Part shown: positions 48,107 to 62,144 of the stretch, piece after piece
How the letters are laid out: every line of letters starts with the position of its first letter
Position numbering within the stretch: position 1 is the stretch's first letter
Source: Lophium mytilinum
Taxonomy: Eukaryota
Assembly (NCBI GenBank): GCA_010093605.1
Contig: MU004190.1
Span: 434,001-498,000 of the forward strand
Reading direction: 5' to 3'
DNA length: 64,000 nucleotides
Position numbers and translations under genes: made by a program
The notes under the pieces: generated by a model
What the model was told of the DNA's origin: nothing
Databases searched by the model: none
The model's input: the letters and a program-made list of their open reading frames with translations, nothing else

Positions 48107-51100
48107 GGACTTTGGCGAAGAGGTCTGTATGATTAGGTGGGTGGTGGTGTTGTACTGATATAGAAGGCGTAACTGTACATACACTCGATCTGCGCACCGC
48201 TAGAATTAAGGGCTCTTGCCACAGCTCACACGCCACCATTTGATGTGCTTCATGGTATCATAGGAATCATGGTGTGCTATTAATTACATAGAGCTTTGAA
48301 GCAATAGAAGTTTGACACGCTTGTCGTTGACTTGTGGGCTACGTGGCCACTACTTGGAGTGCTTCAACACAGCATCAAAAATCCAACGGAAATACCGAAG
48401 AAGGCATGCTCATGCTCGTGCTCTGCTATCACTATAATCTAACAAGCCATTCCTGAAGTCACTAGCATCTATCACACAGGTGGTCGGCGTCGCCAGCAAA
48501 GCCACCACACCATCTCGCATCACACAGCAACTCCTCACAGCACAGCCATCGCAAGCAAAGTCACAGCATCAAAGCCATCAAACATAGATGTGAACAAGAT
48601 ATAATTAGGAGGAAACCCTTCTCGGGTCAAAACCTCCTCTGCTCTCCATCCCACTGACGATCCATTTATCCGCCTAAGTATCTATTGAACACGCTGCCCC
48701 GAAGGAGTGACAAAAAGTTGGGAATACATAGCCGGGGAAGGGTCGAGATGACATAGTCTACAAGGGCCGGGTTTGTGCCCTACATCTACAAAGAAATGGT
48801 GATACAAGATGCAGTGGTTTGAAGATTTTCCTTGCGGGGATGAATGAGGGGATGCCCGAAGGCGAAGAAGAGAAGAGGGACGGGGGCGGAGGGGGGTTTT
48901 GTAGGAGCGGTGGAGGTGGGCTGACTCAGCGGGGTTTTGCGTGATAGGTTCGTTGATGGGGGAAAGGCTACGTGGCTTGTGACGAGGCTGTCGAATTTGG
49001 AAGATGCAACTATGGTTCAGTGTCTGAATAGAATTGACTCTTGATACATGTTACATAATGAACTTTGGGAGAGATAAAAAGACCATGGATCGAGACCGTC
49101 GCGCCCTGAGAGGCCAGCTGGATGACTGGGCACGTAATATGGGAAACACGGTTGTCGTTCTAGGATACTGTGTCATTAATTGAGGATTATGGAAGAGTTT
49201 CTGAGGCAAGCACGTGACAGTTGACCAAAAGCGCCAATAGAATCACCTGTCGTACAACCATAGTCGAGAGGTTCTAGCCGACGACCAATCTGTCCCTACC
49301 ATTGTGAAGGCCATATATGACGACATAGTTCGTTGTTGCATTCACAGCTGATTCGCATCGTAAGTCCGGGTAGTGTCAATAGTAGTCCTCAGAGCCAGTG
49401 AAGGTGAGGTGGGAAGTTGAGTGATTTTAGAAGACATGTCCAATCCAGGTTGAAATGAGGAGCGCGGATGCCTAAGAGATGAAGAGGAGAAGTGTCATTT
49501 CAGTAGCGCTTGCTGCCTGTTGTGATGCAGTGCTGCTCCCAGCTGCTTCCAACTGGTCTGCCTAGTCAAATGCAGCCTCGGTGTGGTTGGCCAGGTGTTT
49601 GTATACGTGGGAACCAGGGGAACATTTCGGCCCACGTAGTACAGGTACTCGCGGGTGACGTAGACTCTTAACTAAACAGGAAATTTAGGAAGTGATGCTG
49701 TAAAAGGAAAAAAGAATACCTGGGCATTGCATTCAAGTTCTTGGATGTACCAGTGTTCGTCTGCCATTTTTGCTGAGGCAGAAACCGGAAAGTCTCTCTA
49801 TCACTAGTGAGGATTGATGCACGAATATTGGACTCTCGTCTCCGATTAGAGCAAATGCCCACCCGCTGCGCCCTCGAGACGTTCGGTTGCGGGGCGAGGA
49901 AACAACTCCAATCGGAACGCCGATTGAACTTCCCCTCAATCGCAGCAGGCTGCCAATATAATGATAAGAAATGCTCGAGGGGTGCACAAAGAGGGTGTTG
50001 GCAAGGCAGCCGCGGGATGCAGCGTGGCGCGATGCTGCCCTGTTGACAGCCCAGCGCCTGGCCAATGACGGGGGCGAGCCAGCCGAGTGCTCTGGACGTT
50101 ATGCAGTGCAACGATGCTCCGATCATCGAGGGCCTGACCGGTCCAATGCGTTGAAACTTGATGGGGAGGGTGATGGCGACGACTTGGACACCGGAAGGCA
50201 GAGGCTCAGCCTGATGGCGCTGTTCTCAGGCTGTTGGCCCGCAGAGTCTCTTCGGCCCGTTGGCCCAGACGTGTATTTGAAGGAGTAGACAGAAGAACGG
50301 TACCTGCACTGAGCCTTGCAGCCAGGTTTCGTGATGGCTGGGGCTGGTCACGTGTCGTGTGTATGGGCGGGGAAGGGCTGCCGGAGCCGCCATCGAGGAT
50401 AAGCTTGACGCTGAGGAGAGGCTAAGGGCTGTCCATTATTCGTGAAATGGAGATGCAGCAGAGAGTGGCAGCCTTCAGGTGTCTGCATCTGCATCTGGTC
50501 GACCAAGGGGCCCATCCATGGCCACGCCCTTTGCAGGTTGAATGGTGCGATTCCGCTCACCCTGCAGCAGCAGAAGGCACCATCGCACTAGCCTGCACCG
50601 GCTTCCCGGCCGTGCGCAAGCCCCAGCTTTCGCCTTGACGTGCCCAGCTGCAACAAGAGGACGAGCTCAAGCCTCACCCTTCAACGAGCCATCTCTCGCC
50701 CACCGCCTCCCACAGTGCTGCGAAAATATCTGTGACTCCTTCGCCATCATTATCCATTCCCTCCCATCTTTTTTTCGCACTTCCTCCGCTGCCCACGGCA
50801 CCTGTTCGGCCCTGTCACTTGCTATCGGTCATACCGTCATTTGACGAGTCACATGGGACCTTCACCGTCGAACTGACCTCCGCCCTCAGTTCCCATACAC
50901 TGTCCGTCACCTCCAGAGCCATCTTGAGCTCTCTCTCCAGCACTGCCCGCCCCTGGCATCCCATCAGCTACCCTCACGGCCATTCACCACCCTCTCCGGC
51001 CATCGCCAACCTTATCGCCGGGCCTGAGCCTCTCTCCAACCACAATCGACTAGCTTTCTGCATACGTCCATCATGGCTGCCTGAGCTTTGGCTCATCAAC

Positions 51101-51344
51101 GAGCTGCTCCCGTGTACCCGTCTGGTGAATCTTCTATCTGACGTCCGCGCCGCTCCTTATTGGACTCTCGCATGCGACTTCGAAGCTACCCGCGGCCCAC
51201 TGTGCTCGTGATGGAGACCATCAGTACCCGTCCAGTCCACTCCCAACAACCGTAACTGCACCCTTCACACCTGATATTGGTCACTACCAAGTCTTCCTCT
51301 TCGCCGCACGACTGCCTGAGATTCCTCAGCCTTCACCCACTGCG

Positions 51345-54231
51345 ATGTATCAACACCCACGCCCGTCCCCCAGGATGGCCTCCGCAGCCAACTCCCTACA
51401 AACAAACCCCACACGAACTAACAACGCCCGGGATCGAACGCATTCCCCTTATTCAGATTCAATACCATACAGTGACAGAGGAGGAGACGAAGAGGGCGAA
51501 ATGGTTGATCGCGTAGACCAGAGGTCCGAGGTGGAGCAGAAGAACTACCAGAAAATAAACCAGATCATACAAGTACGCTCCCCAAAATGGATCCGCTGAA
51601 TCTTCCGAGAAAGACTGACAGTCTGCTGCAGCAATTCTTCATCAAGGCTACCCTCACTATCGTTTCTGCGCGGACCGTGCTCCCACATGCTTTCAACAAA
51701 GCTGGCGAACTGAAGCAGAATAAATGGGTATGTCAATTCACGCTCCTGTATTACATGTTTCGTTGCTAATATGACCCTAGTTCAACGTTGTACTCGATGA
51801 CACAGATGAGTTTGCCGAAGATATAATGGAATGGAGGACCATGGACGCAGTTCAGGACAAGCCGCCTCCACTGTGCATAGAAGTGTACCTGGACCTGAAA
51901 GATCTTACAAACAGCCAAACTCTAGTCATTATCGATGAGAATGGGAAGAGATGGGATGTTGCCGAGGCGCTCAATCCCCCGGCCGAATCCACGGCGCGAC
52001 CTCCGAGTCGTATGGGAATGTCTACTCAGGTTGTGCTCGAGCGGTGGAGAGTTGAGATTGGTGATAAGAACTCTGTTGCACCGTCTGAACTTAGAGATGC
52101 GCTGCCAAACGTCTACAAAAAGGCCGTCGTGCTATTTCGATCGCTGTTCGCAACCGTTCGGTTTACTCCAGCATGGAAGTACTATCGACGTATGGCAAAA
52201 CAGCCAGCGAACCACCCCTCGTTGAAGATAAAGTACCGCATCTACAATGACGAGTTCAAAAGCCCTCGCCGAGACACCCTGGCCGTACCATTGTACCCTT
52301 CACCGGACGCTGTTACGGAGAAAAACGTTTTCTTCCCGTCGAACTCGCCCATCGGTCCTCTCTGCATTTCAACTGTGTATCGATCGAACTGTGATTTCCG
52401 AGTAGACGATTCTGAATCATTGCTGAGCTCTCACTTCATGGGCATGGACGACCACTACTTCCAGCCTTCACTTGGTCGACAGCACGACACTCGACAGCAA
52501 GAAGTTGGCCTAGTACCTGGATCTCTTCCTGTTGGCAAAATACAGTCCCAAGACGTGCCCGACCGTGGCCAAGCATATGGAAGTCTGTCGACTTTTCACC
52601 AAGTCGGCCCGGCCACCGGAACGAGCCCAATATCGGCACTCCGAGCTGCCCGAGATATGCCCATGCAATCACCATCAGACTCACCTCCCCAGAAGCTCCC
52701 ACCCAATCACCGGACTGCTATGGGCTCCAAGTCGTCACTGCGTTCAGCTGAGGGGCAGCCTTCTTACCAAAGACGGACTTCTGTATCCTTCCAGCCCTTC
52801 AAAGCAGGCTCTCTGTCTTCGTCTCCTGCACTAGGGAACCAGATCCCACAATCGCCGTCTGGCTCACTGAGCAGGGCCAATAGTACAAATAATCCGCTGC
52901 TGCAAGCACGTAATAGGACATCTCTAAACGCATTACCTCAAGCTGCCCTACGAGCTCCCTCGCTACCGAATGAGACGGCGATCGCATCATCTGCTTCGAG
53001 CTCGCCTAAGCCTGCTCCAATAAGCCGCTATAGCAGTAGTTTTGGACATCGGCGGAGTAGATTCTCTTCCGGTGGGGGGAGTAAAACCGAGGACGATAAC
53101 CTGAGTAGCGGCAAAGGAAGTCTCGCCTCTTCGGCTCAGCCTGGTTCAGACATATTGAACGAGGGAGAAGGAGCTAGTTCTGGATCAATAAAAACGGACG
53201 ACGAGAACATCTCAGACTTCCTAAAACTTCTCGAGCAGAAGAAGGATCTAAAGAGTTTTAACCGAAGCGACAATGCGTCACGTGATGCGACAATGAGACG
53301 AACCACAGCTCAACTCACGAAGTACCAACGCATGCGCGACTCCAACGCACAGCTCTCCGACTCTCTGTCATCATCTCTCTTGCTGCACAGATCTTCTTCA
53401 TCCTCTAGCCGCCAGCTTTCCAGTGTCCCTCCTATGATCGCCGGGACCTCTGCCTCTACATCATCATCTCCAGGAAAGCCCATATCGCCACATACGCCAC
53501 ATACTCCAGCAATTCCATCTCGCCTAAGTGCGAATAGTATCATAGAATACGAACCCCGTCGGAGCAGGAGTCGTCCTCGACATTCGCCCCAACCTGAGCA
53601 GGACACAGCCCAGGCACGTGAAATGCTCCGAGCCGCAAGTCGAAGGGAGCAAGGAACAACAGCAATTGATATCCCGACGTCTCCGAGGCCGTGGAATTAC
53701 CCCCGGAGGTCTAGTTCAGCGGCCCAGAACAGGACCATTGATGATGAGCCTGACTTGTTTGGGCTGCGAAGTGCGAGCGTGCCAGCGGAAGACACTGATC
53801 GCGAGAATCCAGACTTCCAGCGTGAAGCAGTTGACGTCACCTCTAGCGGGCTTTTCCAGAATCGCGAGCTACTCGCCGGTGAACTTGACAGTGAGCCCGT
53901 TGATCAGGCAACAGACTCAATACCGAGTCGCCCAGACTCTCGCGAAGACGTCGGTCGTCCTTCGTCCGCATCCGAAGTCCCTACTTCTCGAAATCGCTTT
54001 AGCGCCCGAGGCCGCGGCCTCTCCTCTGCTCATGGATCTTCAACCAGCCTCAATACGCATAACTCTCGCTTCAGCTTCAACTCTTCCCGCACAGCTGCTG
54101 TAGACGATGACGAACCTCTGCTATTCCAGATGAGTGAGCTACATGTCAACCGACGCAGTATCGAAGAAGGCCGAGGCGGCTCAAGTGCTAGTAGTGGAGA
54201 CCGAAGGCGCGGTGGCTCGCATTGGCAATAA
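51345..54231 (+). CDS. ATG13: Autophagy-related protein 13 (HORMA domain + disordered Ser-rich tail)
   Basis: MYQHPR start, KINQIIQ|QFFIKA, KQNKW|FNV, VVLERW, LPNVYKKAVVLFRSL, CDFRVDDSESLLSS, ISDFLKLL and DDEPLLFQMSE. Introns 51573-51631 and 51728-51780. Confidence 0.92.
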
Positions 54232-57060
54232 GTGGCTCAGCCTCGCTGCCGTGCACTGAATACCTACAATATCTGCTGAATCGAACTATCGATCCATTGT
54301 TATACCTCTTGGAGTAAAGGCGGCCCTGGATCACAGAACGATGATGAGGGTTGGCTTACACACGCAATATCGTCCACAAACCTATTCCTCCTTCAATTCC
54401 CCGCATACCAGTATCTTAAAACAACCTATATCCTCGTTTATTTGGCGTTTATAATCTCGGCATCTGGCGTGGCTTTTCTTTTCAATCCGTAATTCATTCA
54501 TACTTCATTTTTATGTGTGAGCGGTTCGCATCGCATCACACAGTCGGTCATAGATTCGAGCAGGCGCGTATATGTTGAGTTTCGTTTTGGTTGATCCATC
54601 GATCCGGTCTTGTCTGCTCTTTGCTTCTTGCTTTGGTATTCTATATCCTATGCTGCGGGTGTGCTCTTTGGCGACGGCGAAGTCGAGTCTTGGGACTGGG
54701 CCGGAGTGAACTGGGCCGGAGCTTGGGTACTCGGCTTGTTGGTAGGGCTTGGTCGCGGATGTACGGGATTCGAGCTGCGTATGCGTATGCAGACTCTGGA
54801 TGAGTGCGGTTTCATTGTCATGGTTGTGGGTTGTGAATAGATTGGATATTAGGAGTCTCAAGGCTTCAATTGGGGGTGGGGGGGAGGATTGGAATATAGG
54901 TTCGTAGCTATTTTGAATGAGTATCGTAAACGTTATTGTAAGGTTTCTTTGCGTTCGTGAAAGCTACAGGTTACAAGTTACGATGCTATCTACTCAGAGG
55001 CTCGTTGCTCAACCATTTGCTCCACGCGATTCATCAACCAGGCGCTCCTCACGCCCTTCGAACAATCCCTCCAAATCGCTCAATGCTCTGCCATCGCCGA
55101 CTTCGCTCCCACTACTTGTCCAGCTTCCTGAAGCATAGCTAGGCACATCCAACCCCAGCGCCAAGTGAAACGCATCCCCTAAGAACTATCACAGACCACC
55201 TTCGCCGTAGCCCATCCCTAGCAACAACCATCACAGACCACGTAAGCTCAGGCCCAGGCTGACATGACGTCTCCATCCCAGCAGGGCCCTAGTCCGGAAT
55301 CCCTATCCGGCACCCAAATCCTGCCGACGCGCATGAGCAGGATCGCGATTCACCGGAATGGTGGCTCGTGATGCACGTACATGTACACAACGCTAGAACA
55401 CTCCCCACATACTAAACCAAACCTGCACCGACTGCGCAAATGTGGCACTGAAGGATCACGGCCAGCGGTCGCAGTAAGAGGCGGAGGAGGAGCTGCAAGG
55501 CTACGCCCGGCTTCCTGTTCTAGCATCGCGGCGGCGAGGCTGAGATGCGCTATCCGTCGCCATCCCCACAGCCCCCCGACGCTTCCCTGGTTAGCAGGCG
55601 GAGTGGGACGGGAGGTGGAGATGTGGTGGGTTGGTGAGGTGGAGGCATCGCGGCGCTAGAAGGTTTGGAAGGTTCGTTGCAGCTGCCTGTTTGGGCGTAG
55701 ATGGGGTAGGGGACGTGCTTTTGTATGCAGCTCGTCGAATGGGTCGTTTGTTGTGCGGGGGGGCCTCGAGGCTGAGGAATATGGGGCTCGTTACATTTAC
55801 TACTGAGTTGACCTACATGCATAGAAAATGTTACGCTGTATGATCCCTGGCCGAGCTGAGTATACGTCGATATAGTTGATATGCTGCACGAGAATATGTC
55901 GTTTGGGGGTGAAATGCGATAGAGGTTAGACTTCGGTGCGAAAGGGACCTCGTTGTTTTTGGTTTAGCTACTGCGGAGCACTAGGACCATTATACCCAAC
56001 GTGGCATCAAGTCCGTACGCGGAATGCTCCTCGGAGCATTCGTCAACGGGTGGGAGAATGCGGAGGCGCTCATCAGGATCAGCGAGTGGGTCACGCTAGA
56101 AACTTGGAAGCTTCGACTGGACTTCGGTGCATGGGATGAGCTGTTGGTGCTCTTGGTTCCTAGCCGAGCTTGAATGTTGGATGAGGTGCCTAGGCTTTGT
56201 AGACTGGATGGGCGTGGAGGTAGGCGAAGTTGGGTATGGGATATCATGACTCGTAAGGCAGACCTCAGCCTTCCCTCCACCATCTCAGCGAGACATGGGG
56301 AGATACTGCATTAGTGATGAGAACAGATGGATAGTGCGTTACAAGTCCCGAGGCGCCCCACAGGATACTGTGATGAAGTGGAGTCTTTCGCTATGTCCTG
56401 CGTTCCTCCAAGCTCCAATCGTCACCTTACGCTTCCTGTAGATGAGCTCATCCTTCACGAAGCCGCTAGAACATCCTTCCCGCCTCCACACAAGCGAACA
56501 CGACGGCGGCCAGGCTTAGAGGCTCCATCATGAAGTCTCGCGAACGAGTCAAGCACGTACTACACTCAGCCGCATGCGTCTCCAGACACAGGATGCTCAC
56601 ACAACCACAGAACCTATGCGTTCCAGAAGGTGCCTAGGATACCTTCCGGCTTATACCGGCATCAAATTCGTATTGGAGGATATAGGTACACGTGCCTTGG
56701 AAATCAGCTAAAACCTGGGACCCAAGCCACCAAGCCGCCACGCCCAGCACCGAGCGCCCTAGCAACGATCTGCCTGCAAGGAAAGAGAACAATGGTCTGG
56801 TAAGGGTATAGAAGGAAAGACAGGGTAGAGAGTGAGACAAGACGGGCATGTAATCCACCCACCCATGGATAGTGTAGATAGTGTACAATGAAAAGTGGAA
56901 CTGCCTGTCTACCGTAATCGACATATATCTATGCCGATGACTTGAGCAGCTGGTCCATGGAGGATGCCGTCGTAACATGAAAGCATTATGAGCGTGACCG
57001 TCTGCAGGGTGTAGCACTTTTGGGAATGTTTCATTCAGGTCGTTGCTGTTCGCGGAACGG

Positions 57061-59491
57061 CTAGGTGAGAGCGCTCATGAAGCCGTCCTTGAGCAAGGTT
57101 CTCGGATCGTAATCTTGGGTATTCGAAGTCTGAAGCTGTTGCTGCGCAGCTGCAGCAGTAGCCTGCGCGGCTGCTGCCTCGCTTGCCGCGGCAACGGCGG
57201 CCGCAATGTCGCCCTTGGTTTCAGTCGATGCAGCATTGCCACCACTGCTCACCGGACGAGCCCCTGGTTCTGTACCCTCGCGCTCGCCCACGGCCGCAGC
57301 TGCAAGGTGTTGGAGACCTGCCATGTTTGGCTGCACGCTTGATCCTGATCTTGACCCTGGCTGCTCGTTGGGGAGTTTTGAGCGTAGCAGGTCGCGGATT
57401 GATGAGTCCCAGCCTGATCCTTCGGAACTTCGGTGCACGATTTGGCCGTTTGATATGGCCTCGTCCATCTCCGCAATCGCGATAGTCGCTTCGTTCTGAG
57501 TCTCTGAGCGGATGGATATCTCCACTAGGGAGGTTGCGACCAGACTTGCAAATATGTGATTGAGAGGGGAGATCGGGCCATGAGTGAGGTTGTTGAGTAG
57601 CTCTCGAGTGAGTGCCAGGACATCGCCAGGAGCGGTAGATGAAGACATACGAGCAACAATCAGGCGGAGATACTGAAATGCTAGCTGCGGAGGCGAGTTG
57701 ATCGACAAGTTTGTCGCATCTAGTGACTCCTCCAACCTGTCCAACTGACCTTCGAGAAACAATAGTTCGGGCGAAGTAGGAGTCAAGGTTGGGAATGTAT
57801 CAGGTGCCTCCAGGTCATCGTTTGGAATGCTAGTTAACCGGATGCTGTACGCGACCTGGCCGATCACGTTGGAGGTCCCTACGTAGGAATTAGCACAGTA
57901 CATTCCTGTCGAAGAAAGTTCAGCTTACTGGCAAGGTGATATGCAACCTCTCCCAAAGCCTGATGATCATTCTTGGAAATCTTTCCACGGCGTAGCGGCA
58001 TGAAGAGATCTGTTGACATGCTTGATGCGTGAAAACGGTCCAAAATGAAAGTCACCCAAAAGAGTCGTCGAGCAGTATTGAAGGAGTCTGGATCCTGTTC
58101 CCGAAGAGAGTGGAGAACCTTGGCATCGTTGAGGCCAACAAATGAGACTCGACCAACAACTCGTGCGATAAGTTCAGCTGTGTTGCTCATTGCAGAAGGG
58201 CCTGACTTGTCAGACGCGAATGCGAGCAGCAGCAGAGACTGAATGTACACAAGGTTGTTATAAAATTGGCGGACGCTGTCATCGTCACCTAGAGTTGTCT
58301 CGGCCTTTCCAAGAAGTCCCTGAGCAGTTTGGATCAGCTGGGGAACCCCAGCTTCATTCCGCGGAAGACTTGAAGGAGATAGGGCTTGAATGGCACACTC
58401 TAGAGCTAGGTGAAAGGCATTCCGTAGGCTGAGGGGACATGATGATATGCGTGTTAGGTGTGCGGGGTCCAATGGTAATATAGGAAGCGTAGGATGAACC
58501 AGAATATAGTATCTAGGTTCAGTCAGCAATATGCTTAGAATAGAGCGGTACGAGGAAACCATACGCTTTGAGTACTGCCTCACTCGAGTCGTGTGGAAAG
58601 TTGATCCCTTGAGCGCCGTTCACCGAGTACTGATCACGCTGCGTAGAGGTTTCCTGGGCTGACCAGCCCATGTTAGGACGATGTGATGGACCGTAGGAGT
58701 CTTGTAAGCCCTCGGACATGGAATGCGTTCGTTTCCGTCCATACTGCGTCGGTGTCTGGATGTCTGCTAAAGCGTTGATTTGCTCTCCTAGGCCGTATGG
58801 GATATCGTAGCTTGATTGTGGAGTACCTGAAGGGTTCCCGCCAATCTGGCTCTCCAGAGTGTTCAGACGATCGGCAAGCTCCTTGATATAACTGCTTTTG
58901 TCAGGTTTAGACCAACTGCGAAGAATGAGTACTCATACCCTTTACTCGGACCTCGCTTCATTGGCTGGCGACTGAATTGGCAACGCGCACCCGTACGCTT
59001 GCAGCTGGAGCAGGCTTCGGGGCCGTTTTCGCTGGTGGCATCGCATCGAATCTATGATCTGTCAGTAAGGAAGGGTCGACACAGCTATTCCCAGGCCGAG
59101 GTACCTTCTTGCGCCGGCATTCGTCGCAGGCGCGAGACACCTTGGACCGCTTCCGCGAACCCGACCCGTCGTCGATGTAGTGCCCCTGGTCCTCGAGGCT
59201 CATCAGGCCGTTCTGCGCCATCTGCTGTGGGGAGTGTGTCGGCCGGATTGGGGTGTGGACCTGGTGGTGCGGCGGGTTCAAGGAATGCTCCTGTGGCGGC
59301 GCGCTCGCGATATGTCGACCGAGGTGCTGCTGTAGGTTCTCCTGCAGCTGCAGCTCAGGGTCGGTCGGGCCATGCTGCTGCTGCTGTTGGTGTTGCGCGG
59401 GCGACATGGCACCGTTCTGGTGGACGTAGAGGCCGCCAGAGTGGCTCATCTGGGTGTCGCTGGGATCCGGGTAAGAACCACCGGTAGCCAT
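57061..59491 (-). CDS. Zn(II)2Cys6 transcription factor, Rgt1-like (glucose transport regulator family)
   Basis: Spliced RKRSKVSRACDECRRKK|IRCDA...CSSCKRTGARCQFSRQPMKRGPSKG|YIKEL and a fungal TF middle region (YYILVHPTLPIL, RRLFWVTFILDR). Four introns. Confidence 0.9.
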
Positions 59492-62144
59492 GGCGGAGAA
59501 ATCGGCAAAGGATCGCGGGTGACGCGCGACGACGAGATGGAGCGCACCGGGACTTGCGATTGCGGGGTTGGTTGATGGTGGACGCCGGAGGAGAGTGGAC
59601 GGAGGGTGAGAGGTGCCCGTCTATGAGTTCTCGGCGATGAGGCGCGCTTAACGCCATTGGTGCTAGCCCGCCGGTCGCAATGGCTGGTGAATACACGGCG
59701 GGCCCAGAGAAGCGCGCTGCAAATTGCATCTTCTCGGTTGGACGTATGCTTGCTTTCACGGCGTGAGGTGGCCGCTGGCTTTTTTTCTGTGTCCAGATGA
59801 AGTTCTTCCCGGCTTGAAACGGACCGCTTCGGATTCAAAGATGGTCCGTAAGAACCACCAACCCCAACAGCAAACCGGACGACGACAGTCCCGCACCGCC
59901 AAGCTTGCGTCAACAGGTTAACACAGAACAAACGCGTATTTCTTATGTCCGATGTTATTGCTTTCAAGCACTCAGAATACAGTCTCTCATACTAGTAGCG
60001 ATGAGTAGAGCCACCGAACCGCTGCAACACCAGTGTTGGCTGTCGCTGGTCTCACATGGAAAGTGCACCGAGTATTGCTAGGCTTACAGTACCTCGTCAT
60101 ACGCCTTTTCACTCTCCTTTTTCTCGACTTACAGTGCTTCAGGGCCCAATGAAGGGCTTGAGCGAGATAAAATTCATCTAGAGTTATCGGTGAACTTCCC
60201 AGACCACATGAGGTGTGCGGAGAATACACAGAGTACCTATCAAGCTGTCTCGGCATCTGCCACTAGATTGAAGCACTACAAGCAGGTAAAGGACTGCACA
60301 TGTCAATGACAGGCAACATAGGTGCTCTACGCAACGCGATCCTTTCTATTTGAGCATATTGTAATAATCAATCCAACTTATTTCTTATCTACTCTCGGGA
60401 CCTCCCAAGCGCTTGACAAACCACAAGCGGAATCTGCTCCTTTAGCACATGTGCTACTGCCACCATCCTCCTCTCTACTTCCAACGTCTTGTGATGCGAT
60501 GGATCCAAGAGGCGGGGACATCCTCGGCATCTATTGTGTCCAACTCTGCAGAGGTACTCACAGGCATCGTCGCCGCGCGGAACCATTGCCCATCTTCAGA
60601 CAGTGCCACCGCCAGCTCTGCCCTGCATGGCGAGAAAGCTCGCGGCACGGCTCCGTCGTTGGGTTCCCAGTGTTGCATGTAACCGCTGGCCTCGCCAGGA
60701 TAGGCTGTAGAGCGGCACGCGGCATGCAGATTGACATCCAAGTTGACAGCTTCCTCAGGATACAGGTCGACGTGTACCCGACTGTTTCAGAAGCTCAGCG
60801 CCGAGCAGCGAAGATCGTGGGTCCGGTGTCGGGGGGAGGAGCTGCAGCGCGGTGCCGCAAGCTGGCCGGATGTCCCAGACGCACAGCCATTCTGGCTATA
60901 CATGCACCAGCGTCTCACGGGCCCTGTTGGAGGTCTGCATGTGGCACTCGGCGGGCATACAGAGCATACCAAACCAGCACCAGGTTCCTGAAAGTAGTGG
61001 CACGGGCATATTCAGGGGAGCGGCCGCGGCACGATGGCGATTCGCTGGGGGTTGAGGCCCCTGGATGGATCCTCGGCTTGGCAACAGTCGGCGATCGATA
61101 GCGTCACCGGCGAGGGAATGTTCCATGGTGCAGTCAGCGTGGGTGAGCGGCAGGGCTGTGGGAAGTGTGGGAGAGCGGCGGCCAAGGCGCATCGGGAGCC
61201 GTCCAGTCAACGACAACGAGATTCGGGGACGCGGTCGCTTCGGGCCCGCTGCTGGAGGCCGACGTCGCGTGATGCTCGCCGGCACTTCTCGAGGCGCGCA
61301 CAAAGAGCAGCGTCGTAGCGTGGAGTGGAGGGCGTCGGTGGAGCTGCGTCTGCGCTGCATCTGCGCTGGGGGTCCGGCGTCAAGGACTGGCGAGCGAGTG
61401 TTGGCATGCAAGTCATCGAGCTGCTGCCGGCGACACAACAACGGTGCAAACAAAAGCGCCATCAGAGTGCCACACGGCGAGTGCGTTGAGCTGGGCCATC
61501 CCAGACTCCAGGCACGGACGGGAAGCCGGCCATGTTGCAGTGGGCGCCAGGTCGCGCTGCCAGCCCCGGCCCGTGGAGCATTCATTCGTACCGTTAGCGA
61601 CGAGCGGGTCGAGCGCAATCCAAAAAGAAAAAGAGTCGGCATGCAGAATGTGCTGGGGGCTAAGTTGCTTCGGTTCCAAGACCATCTTTCGCCGCTAAAA
61701 CCTGAGCCCTTCCGCCGCTCTGCCTCACTCCCTGACTCTCTCATCCACCACCAACCACCATTACACCCACACACAGCTTGTCGTTTTGGTCGCTCCAAAG
61801 CGTCAGAGGTCCCACGCGTTTCGGCCAGCGCCTTTAGGTGCACGGCTCGGCCAGTTCTCTCTTCCTCTCCGCCTCTCCTCCGCCTCTCCTCCTCTACCTC
61901 TACCGCCTCTCCACTCTCCACTCTGGACTTCCCCTTGACGGTCGCGGCGTTTGACGGACTCGGCGTTTCTCCATTAGCATAGATACCCTCCTGTTTCGTT
62001 TGCCTGCTTGTTTCGACACTTGTCGCATTCCAATCCGCCTTCGACAGCCCGTCGTCGTCGACTTTTATCCTTAGCCTTACCGACCGCTCGCGCAAACCGC
62101 CTTGCGCTGTGCCTCGTCCACCGCCTGTGCTCCGCCGCTACACA

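Noticed and set aside
60322..62095. Long overlapping ORFs (259-399 aa) on both strands
   Set aside because: Arg/Ala/Ser-rich with no motifs; consistent with the GC-rich divergent promoter/5' UTR region between two transcription factor genes.
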